Shown: positions 25,230 to 32,000 of the stretch, piece after piece | Layout of the letters: each line of letters starts with the position of its first letter | How positions within the stretch are numbered: position 1 is the first letter of the stretch | DNA from: Moraxella nasovis | Lineage (GTDB): Bacteria; Pseudomonadota; Gammaproteobacteria; Pseudomonadales; Moraxellaceae | Direction of reading: 5' to 3' | DNA length: 32,000 nucleotides | Assembly (NCBI RefSeq): GCF_022701215.1 | Contig: NZ_CP089976.1 | Span: forward strand, 780,001-812,000 | The notes under the pieces: generated by a model | Seen by the model: only the letters and a program-made list of their open reading frames with translations | What the model was told of the DNA's origin: nothing | The model's database searches: none | Position numbers and translations under genes: made by a program

Positions 25230-28199
25230 TTAGCCAAGCGTTTTGACTGTAAAACCAAGAGCTTTAACCGTATCTGCACTCTCCATCGGAGCAATCACTG
25301 CTCGCTGATACGGTTTATCTTTTAGGTAGGTCTTAGTCACACGCTTTAAGTCATCAATGCTAACCGCTAAAATCTTGGCACGAAACGCCTGCTGCCACGC
25401 CTGCGTACGCTGATGTAAATCACTAAAGCAAGATTTTACCGCCTCGCCAGCAGGGCTTGCAGGCTTATCCATACCCGCAATAATACCCATAATCGCCTCT
25501 TCTAATTTTTCATCATCATGATTACCATCAAGCACCCAATCAATGCTTTGGTTAAAATGCTCAAACGTCATCGCACAGTTGGGATCTCGATAGCTATAGA
25601 ACCGAAAGGCACAGCTGTTGCTATCAAAACTTGCACCACCACCATACGCCCCGCCCTTTTCACGGATTGCACCGTGTAGATAGCCATTTCGCATAAAAGG
25701 AGCAAGCACCATTAAAGCAGGTGTGTCATCATGATCTGATGTGGTCGCAGGATATACCGCCGCATTATGATAGACATTCGTGGAAATCAGCCACGCTATA
25801 TCTTCGCTACCATCATTATGTAAAATGCCGGCAAGCTCATCAAAAGGCAGTTCTTTTTTGGCTGTGTTTGGCGTATAAGGCTTGGTGTTTTTGAGTGTTT
25901 CGCTGATTTTGGTGGTTAAGACATCCACCATCTCGCTTTCACAGACCAGCACCACATCTTTTGGTAGGCTTGTGATTTGGGCGTGCAAATTAGCCAATCG
26001 TTCACTTAGTGCCTGCCATGCATCATCATTGTCTTTAGCAGATTTTAAGAAGGATTTTAATGCACCCAACGCAGGCAGCCCAGAAAAAGCGTACTCAATC
26101 TTAGCTAATCGGCTCATGTTTCGGCTTGCCGTCTGCATGGCATAGGCGTGTCCTGCGCCAGATAGGCGAGACTGCCATGAAGATTGTTTTTGTTGGAGCA
26201 GTTCACGCATGCGATCTGTTTCGCTAAAAATACTGCCATCTAGCACATCACTCACAAGCTCGATTGCCTCTAATTTACGATTTAATGCTCGAGTTGCCAC
26301 CACAAAATAACTGCTCATTTTGTCTTTATTATGCAAGTCGGTTCGCTGGCTGATGCGTGCTGTTACCCCTGATGAGTGGGCAGCTTGCACCGCCTGAAAA
26401 TCACGGGCATTATATTTATCAGTACCAAGCTCAGAAAGCAATGTCAGGTATATGGGTAATAAAGGATTGGTTAAAATCTCATCTGCCATATCGCCTAAGC
26501 TCGTCACCACTTGATAATAATACAGTCCATTTGTACCTGCATGATACTCATGCAACGTGCGAGAATCGCCGTTGATGATGATGGGCTTAATGGTGTCTTT
26601 GACAAAGCTAATCTTGCTTGGAATGTCTGATAACCCCACTTTTGGTAAAATGCTGACATCATCTAAGGCATTTTGACGTGCTTTTAGATCGGCTGTTTGC
26701 TCAGTGATTTTAACTTTATCAGCCTTGGTGAGCGTACTGAGTAACGTATCAAGCTTGGTGCGCTCTTCATCCATTTGCCGTTTGGCTTTATGAACATCAG
26801 GGCTTAGGGTTAATCGCACTCGGTGGGGATTATCAATCAGATGCTGCCTAATGAGCTGCTGCACCCAATGCGGCTTTTTAACTTGCTCACGAAGCCAAGT
26901 TAAATGCTCATCAATCTGCCAAACATCCACAGGATTACCCCCATGGATGGCAGTGCTAAAGCCCTCTAACATCAGCGTCAAACCATAAGGCATACTATCA
27001 CCACCGATATGGCGTTGATCGAGCTCTATTTGGTGCAAAATCGTCTGAATAGTTTCATCACTAATTTTGCCATTTGCCACCGTGTTTAGTAGCTCTAAAA
27101 TGCCTTGTTCCACCTCATCAGCATAAGCCGCTTCTGAGCCACGAAGTCCTGCATAAAACACCATCTCATAATGGCTGTCATCTAAGCCTAAAAGTGGCGA
27201 TGGCGACGTGCCAAGCGGGTGGCTGTCAAGATAGGCTCGTAAAGGCGAACCTGCATGCTCAACCAACACACCTTCCATCAATCGCAAAGCCAGACGCTCC
27301 TTAGGATCGGTGATGGTTGGTAGCAGCCACGCCATCACATGATGGGTCATTTTCTCACCCATCTCATCTGCCGTATAGGTATCAAAGACACGAATCGGCT
27401 CGGCCAGTCGGCTTTCTTTTACTGATGTTAACTTCTTACCCCGACTTGGTTTTTCGGTGTCATTAAAGCGTGATAAAGCATCTTCATGCAATTTAGCCTC
27501 AATCTCACCCACAGCAATATTACCAAAACTCATGATAATAGCATTAGTTGGATGATAGTGCGTCTGATGAAATGCCACCAATTCATCATGGGTCAAATCC
27601 ACAATACACTTAGGATCGCCACCTGAATTATAGTGGTATGTCGTCGTAGCAAATACATGTTGTGCCAAAGCATAATACAGCTGTTCAATCTCGCCACTCA
27701 TCGCCCCTTTCATCTCATTAAAGACAATGCCGTGATAATGCAAATTGCCATCATCATCAAGCTCGGTGCGAATACCTTCTTGGGCAAAGTCTAAGGCATG
27801 AATATTTGGGAAAAATACCGCATCAGCATACACAGACAGTAAGTTAAAAAAGTCGTTTTTATTTTGGGTGGCAAATGGATAGACTGTCCAATCAGCAGCA
27901 GTCATCGCATTCATAAAGGTCTGTAAAGACCGCTTAATCATACTAAAAAATGGGTCTCTAACAGGGTATTTTTCAGAGCCACATAATACGACGTGTTCTA
28001 AGATATGTGCTTCACCACGAGATGTCATCGGCTGAGTGGCAAAGCCAATCATTAAGGCGTTTTCATCATTATCTGTCGCCAAATGATAATGCAATGCTCC
28101 TGTCGCCTTATGCTTAGCAATGATCACGTCAATATCTAAGGCGTCTAATCGATGGGTTGCGATATGGGCAAAACTGTCATGCAAGGTATGATTTATCAT
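25230..28199 (-). CDS. M16-family zinc metallopeptidase (M16C, PreP/insulinase-like)
   Basis: 989 aa with the inverted zinc motif HILEH (GEAHILEHVVLCGSEKYPVRDPFF). Its length and four-domain architecture are typical of M16C. Confidence 0.88.
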   Translation of the reverse strand: MINHTLHDSFAHIATHRLDALDIDVIIAKHKATGALHYHLATDNDENALMIGFATQPMTSRGEAHILEHVVLCGSEKYPVRDPFFSMIKRSLQTFMNAMTAADWTVYPFATQNKNDFFNLLSVYADAVFFPNIHALDFAQEGIRTELDDDGNLHYHGIVFNEMKGAMSGEIEQLYYALAQHVFATTTYHYNSGGDPKCIVDLTHDELVAFHQTHYHPTNAIIMSFGNIAVGEIEAKLHEDALSRFNDTEKPSRGKKLTSVKESRLAEPIRVFDTYTADEMGEKMTHHVMAWLLPTITDPKERLALRLMEGVLVEHAGSPLRAYLDSHPLGTSPSPLLGLDDSHYEMVFYAGLRGSEAAYADEVEQGILELLNTVANGKISDETIQTILHQIELDQRHIGGDSMPYGLTLMLEGFSTAIHGGNPVDVWQIDEHLTWLREQVKKPHWVQQLIRQHLIDNPHRVRLTLSPDVHKAKRQMDEERTKLDTLLSTLTKADKVKITEQTADLKARQNALDDVSILPKVGLSDIPSKISFVKDTIKPIIINGDSRTLHEYHAGTNGLYYYQVVTSLGDMADEILTNPLLPIYLTLLSELGTDKYNARDFQAVQAAHSSGVTARISQRTDLHNKDKMSSYFVVATRALNRKLEAIELVSDVLDGSIFSETDRMRELLQQKQSSWQSRLSGAGHAYAMQTASRNMSRLAKIEYAFSGLPALGALKSFLKSAKDNDDAWQALSERLANLHAQITSLPKDVVLVCESEMVDVLTTKISETLKNTKPYTPNTAKKELPFDELAGILHNDGSEDIAWLISTNVYHNAAVYPATTSDHDDTPALMVLAPFMRNGYLHGAIREKGGAYGGGASFDSNSCAFRFYSYRDPNCAMTFEHFNQSIDWVLDGNHDDEKLEEAIMGIIAGMDKPASPAGEAVKSCFSDLHQRTQAWQQAFRAKILAVSIDDLKRVTKTYLKDKPYQRAVIAPMESADTVKALGFTVKTLG

Positions 28200-28379
28200 A
28201 AAAAAGATTTCTTATTAAATAAAAGGGTCATTGTAAGGGGGCTTGGCAGTCTTGTCAATCAATGAGTAGGTAGGATAAATAATACTATCCACCAAAAAAT
28301 GCTGACGTTTTAGGTTAGGTTTGTTATACTCAAAGGGATTGGCATCCAATCATTTATTGACAACCAAAAGGAAAAAACC

Positions 28380-28829
28380 ATGTATCAGCACGTTTTATTG
28401 GTAACTGACCTAAGAGATGACACCGACTTGGTCGCCACAAAAGCCAAATGGATTTTAGACACCACACCTAATGCCGAACTATCTGTGCTTCATGTGGTTG
28501 AAGAGACAATGATCGGTTTTGGTTATGAGTTAATCCCAGCATCCGTCTTGCATGAAGAAGCTGATAATGAACGCTGTGCGGTGGCTCGTGGGCGACTGGC
28601 TCAAGTCATGGCACGCAACAACTTACACGCCGATCACGTGAAGATTAATACCGCCATCAGTGGACGCAAAGGCATTGTGGATTATTGCAAAAATCATGCC
28701 ATTGACTTGGTGGTCATCGGTCGCCACAAGCGAACAGGACTGTCGGCTTGGCTTGCTGGTGCAACCGCAGACAGCATTTTGCCTGATGTAGACAGCGATT
28801 TGTTGGTGGTGCAATTAGCCGCAGAATAA
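28380..28829 (+). CDS. Universal stress protein (UspA family)
   Basis: 149 aa. It begins HVLLVTDL and ends DLVVIGRHKRTGLSAWLAGATADSILPDVDSDLLVV, the typical Usp ATP-binding-fold pattern. Confidence 0.85.
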   Translation: MYQHVLLVTDLRDDTDLVATKAKWILDTTPNAELSVLHVVEETMIGFGYELIPASVLHEEADNERCAVARGRLAQVMARNNLHADHVKINTAISGRKGIVDYCKNHAIDLVVIGRHKRTGLSAWLAGATADSILPDVDSDLLVVQLAAE

Positions 28830-28843
28830 GCCGTTAAATTTTA

Positions 28844-28873
28844 AATACAGTCAAAATGTTTTGGCTGTATTTA
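28844..28873 (+). terminator. Rho-independent terminator of the usp gene
   Basis: AAATACAG (28844-28851) pairs with CTGTATTT (28866-28873), with an inner CAAAA/TTTTG pairing. It starts 15 nt after the stop codon. Confidence 0.6.
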
Positions 28874-29155
28874 TGTTTACTAAATCATTATAACGCTTTT
28901 ATGAAATAAAAAGCCGTATGGCGATATTTTGGCTTAAAATTTGGCTTAAAAAACAGTGGTAGCTCAAGCTTAAGTAAAAATAACCTAGTAATGCACAAAC
29001 TGGGTTTTGTTTTTTAGGTGGTGTTTTGGCTAAGCGGTAGATTTTTATTCATACAAAAGCACCTATGTCTTAATCGCATCACGATGTATTTTGCCTTGGC
29101 TTTTTTATTTGTTTTGACTGCTTAACCGCCACACTCAAGACCACCTAAATCATCA

Positions 29156-30631
29156 TCAAAACCGTTGGTTTAGTTCAACAAATACCTTATGCTTGTCGTA
29201 TTGATATAATGGCAAATTGCTATCAACCTTTTGGTATTGCCAAGTTAGGCGTGGGGTGAGTTTACCAAAATAGAGTTTTTTGTGCCAAAGCGACAGCCCT
29301 GCCCCATATTCATCATTGTGCTGAACTTTGCCAAAAAATCCTGCCGCACGATAGTCTTTTTTGGCATAATTGGCAGTCAGCTGCATACCAAATCCGTATG
29401 GCAAATCCTGCCCTGTGCCGACACGCACACCACGTCTGACAAAAGAATCATCGCCATCTTGGGCATTATTTTTATGACGGTCTACCCCAACAAAATAATA
29501 GCTTTTTGGGTTTGCCACATACATCAGATTAGCACCGACATGGCGTGATGAGCCGTCCAAATGGTGGCGAGTGGTATAATCCAAACTGGCAAGCTCGCCT
29601 GATGCCGACAGACGCCAATTTGGCGTAAGCCAATAGCGAAAATCTGCCGACACTCCTTTGGTGTCTGAAAAATATTGTAGTTGGGTGTTTTTGCCACCAC
29701 CTGCATAATAGTTTTTTTCAACGAATGGGGCGATGCTGATGCTATGACGGGCGTTTTCATGTCCTATTGCTGCACTGATACGCCCTGTCAGCTCGTTATA
29801 CGGCTTGTTATTCCAATAGTATTTAGCACGAATGTCGCCATTCATTTCCCCAAAAAACCCATCTTGTAGTCGCCATTTTTTCTGTGCATCAAAATTGATG
29901 CCGAAACCCTGTGCAGATTGGGCTTGTGGTGCGACCCAACCACCGCCTAAGTCTTTGTTTTTTGGGGCGTTATTGATGTTTTTGTCATTCAAAAAATTGA
30001 TACCACCGCCAAATGATGCTTGATTTTGACGCTTGATGGCAGCAAGATGATGACCGATGAAATTTGCCACATCAGCAGGCACTTCTTTATCGCTTAATAT
30101 TTTGGTGAATTGGTCTTCAGCAGCATTAAACTGCTTATCGGCAGATAACACCACCGCCAAGCGAAGTCGCACAAGATTTGCCTGATGATTGTGCGATAAG
30201 ACATTGCGATACTCACGAATCGCCCAAGGCAAATTGCCTTTTTTTTCATAAGACACTCCCCTTGCCCACGACAATGCGATTTGGTCTTGTTGGTCTTTGG
30301 GGAGCTGTTCATAATAAGGCAACAAAAAAACCACATCATCGTCATGCTGATACATGAGTGCCGCCGCCATCGCACGGTGGATAAGCGTGGGGTAATTTAC
30401 CAGTTCATCAGCACTGATTGACAGCGTCTGCTCTGCCGTCATCGTCTTATCTAGATGAACTTGTGGCAAGGTGGGCGGCGGTTGTATGTGGGTTAATTGG
30501 CGGTCTTGGATACGCTTATCATCTTGTTCAGTGATAATGGTCTTGTCATTGGCAAATGCAGATTTGCTTAGGGTGATGCTCAGCAATAATATGCCAAGCG
30601 TTGCCATATTGGGTTTAAAAGAGTTATTCAT
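29156..30631 (-). CDS. DUF560-family outer-membrane protein (Slam-like surface lipoprotein assembly modulator)
   Basis: 491 aa. It has a signal peptide (LGILLLSITLSKSAFA), an N-terminal TPR-like region and a C-terminal beta-barrel-like alternating pattern. It ends in LPLYQYDKHKVFVELNQRF (terminal Phe), as in Slam/DUF560 proteins. Confidence 0.72.
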   Translation of the reverse strand: MNNSFKPNMATLGILLLSITLSKSAFANDKTIITEQDDKRIQDRQLTHIQPPPTLPQVHLDKTMTAEQTLSISADELVNYPTLIHRAMAAALMYQHDDDVVFLLPYYEQLPKDQQDQIALSWARGVSYEKKGNLPWAIREYRNVLSHNHQANLVRLRLAVVLSADKQFNAAEDQFTKILSDKEVPADVANFIGHHLAAIKRQNQASFGGGINFLNDKNINNAPKNKDLGGGWVAPQAQSAQGFGINFDAQKKWRLQDGFFGEMNGDIRAKYYWNNKPYNELTGRISAAIGHENARHSISIAPFVEKNYYAGGGKNTQLQYFSDTKGVSADFRYWLTPNWRLSASGELASLDYTTRHHLDGSSRHVGANLMYVANPKSYYFVGVDRHKNNAQDGDDSFVRRGVRVGTGQDLPYGFGMQLTANYAKKDYRAAGFFGKVQHNDEYGAGLSLWHKKLYFGKLTPRLTWQYQKVDSNLPLYQYDKHKVFVELNQRF

Positions 30632-30978
30632 TGTATGCCTTTTTTAATCAAATGTTTAATCAAATCATCTAGGCAAACAGAAAAAATAAATTTAACAATC
30701 AACATCTGTCACCTCCGCCTGCTTTTTATGTCACCAACACCAACCAATAGACGATTTATCACTTCATCATCATAAGAAAATTAAGCCATCAATACTTATT
30801 GAAAGTCTTTGGGAAAGATTTTGATTGGCATAGCAATCTTTAGGATAATTGCTATGAATAAAGATTATTACTTAATGCCTTGATGTCGGCTTTTATTTTT
30901 AGTGCGTATATGCCCGCCAATCCAACACTTTGTATCATCATTAGGTAGATTATAGGCAAACTAGATACTATTGCAGTA

Positions 30979-30997
30979 AAAAATAATAACCATTATC
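30979..30997. promoter_or_regulatory. Fur-box-like site
   Basis: AAAAATAATAACCATTATC matches 15 of 19 positions of the GATAATGATAATCATTATC consensus, by hand alignment. It lies about 350 bp upstream of the Slam-like gene. Confidence 0.3.
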
Positions 30998-31092
30998 ATT
31001 ATAAGCACTTTCACAAACTTCGTCAACAATGAGTGTTAAAACCTGTCACACCGCTCATTAGAGCTTAGAAATCTTTATATTAATATCATAAT

Positions 31093-31126
31093 AAAAAAGA
31101 CCCAATTTTTTTTTGGGTCTTTTTTC
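31093..31126 (-). terminator. Rho-independent terminator of nfuA (bidirectional shape)
   Basis: AAAAGACCCA (31095-31104) pairs with TGGGTCTTTT (31114-31123). It is flanked by A and T runs and lies about 30 nt beyond the nfuA stop. Confidence 0.65.
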
Positions 31127-31152
31127 TGGTCTGTCATTACATTCATGATTGA

Positions 31153-31773
31153 TTATTTGTAATAAGCATTGTGCGTCTGTGAATGGTCAGTCTCGTCAAT
31201 GACGTGCGTAAGCTCTGGGATTTGCTGTTTTAGCTGTACTTCCACCCCTTGACGCAGCGTTACATCCACCGCACTACACCCTTGACAACCGCCCCCAAAT
31301 TTTAGCACAGCGGTCTTACCATGCTCATCGTCGATAACCTCTACAAGCTCCACCATACCGCCATGACTGGCAAGCTGTGGATTAACTTCAGACTGTAATA
31401 CATAATAGATTCTCTCTTCAATGCTGGCATCTTCGCCCACTTGGGGGACTTTTGAATTTGGGGCACGGAAAGTCAGCTGTCCACCAAAACGATCTTTATT
31501 ATAATCAATCACCGCATCGTGCAGATAGGCAATGCTTGGCGTGTCAATATAGGCGGTGAATTTTTCATAAGCAATCTGTAAATCCGTCTCATCAATCTCA
31601 TCAGGCTGGCAGTAGCTCATACAGCATTCGGCTCGTGGCGTGCCGGGGTGTTCCACAAAAATACGCACACCAATGCCTTCAACTTCTTGTTTGGCAAGTA
31701 GCTGGGCAAGGTATTCTTGGGCAGATTTAGTGATAGAAATATTGCTTTGTAAGGCGGTGTTTTCTTGGCTCAT
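31153..31773 (-). CDS. nfuA: Fe-S cluster biogenesis protein NfuA
   Basis: 206 aa with an N-terminal A-type-carrier-like domain and a C-terminal Nfu domain containing GGGCQGCSAVDVTLRQGVE (CxxC). Confidence 0.9.
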   Translation of the reverse strand: MSQENTALQSNISITKSAQEYLAQLLAKQEVEGIGVRIFVEHPGTPRAECCMSYCQPDEIDETDLQIAYEKFTAYIDTPSIAYLHDAVIDYNKDRFGGQLTFRAPNSKVPQVGEDASIEERIYYVLQSEVNPQLASHGGMVELVEVIDDEHGKTAVLKFGGGCQGCSAVDVTLRQGVEVQLKQQIPELTHVIDETDHSQTHNAYYK

Positions 31774-32000
31774 GATGTTCTCTTTTAAAGTGATAAAAAT
31801 TCCGAGTAATTTACTTGGTTATTATGGTAACATATTTATGCTTTATTAAGTATAATTTTTTTAAGGTTGTGCCATTAAATATACCCATTATTAATGCTAA
31901 CTTTAATAGACATCATTATTTGTTTATCAATCTTATGCTTGGCTTTAAAGCTCTAAATTATGCAGATGGGTTATTCTTAGCCAATGGTTATAAAGCTGGT

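Noticed and set aside
31934-32000. A possible start of a plus-strand CDS at the window edge (MLGFKALNYADGLFLANGYKAG).
   Set aside because: Only 22 codons are visible, with no clear ribosome-binding site and no recognisable motif. It cannot be supported from this window.
1-32000. CRISPR arrays, rRNA genes, and large tandem or interspersed repeats.
   Set aside because: I saw no regularly spaced 25-40-bp repeats and no rRNA-like conserved blocks on reading through the window. The only structured repeats are those reported: the att repeats, the iterons and the intragenic duplications.

Overview
This window looks like a chromosomal segment from a gammaproteobacterium, possibly Moraxellaceae. That guess rests only on gene content and AT-rich intergenic style, since no search was run.

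Positions 1-13138 form a catabolic supercluster that converges on acetoacetate and acetyl-CoA. It holds leucine genes (liuA, liuB), a TetR regulator, an acyl-CoA synthetase, an NhaC-type antiporter, maleylacetoacetate isomerase, the 3-oxoacid CoA-transferase A/B subunits, a thiolase and an AtoE-type short-chain fatty acid transporter. Two decayed gene remnants sit in its long intergenic gaps: a 3-hydroxybutyrate dehydrogenase C-terminus and an IS1595-family transposase fragment. A POT-family peptide transporter follows at 13822-15363.

The stand-out region is a 9.06-kb integrative element at 15848-24903, bounded by perfect 22-bp direct repeats. All 11 of its genes lie on the minus strand, in this order: P4-type integrase, a coiled-coil ORF, AlpA, three small translationally coupled unknown ORFs, an AAA_25/RepA-like replication helicase, an iteron-rich palindromic origin-like region, an acidic-repeat ORF in the scaffold position, an HK97-like major capsid protein, TerS and TerL. 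I read it as a very compact capsid-encoding phage satellite (PICI or cf-PICI-like). It appears to lack portal, protease, head-completion, tail and lysis genes, and it is inserted at a non-tRNA site.

The right flank carries housekeeping genes: an M16C peptidase, a universal stress protein, a DUF560/Slam-type outer-membrane protein with no adjacent substrate gene, and nfuA.

I found no rRNA, tRNA or CRISPR array. All functional calls come from reading motifs in the supplied translations. No database search, HMM search or structure prediction was performed.
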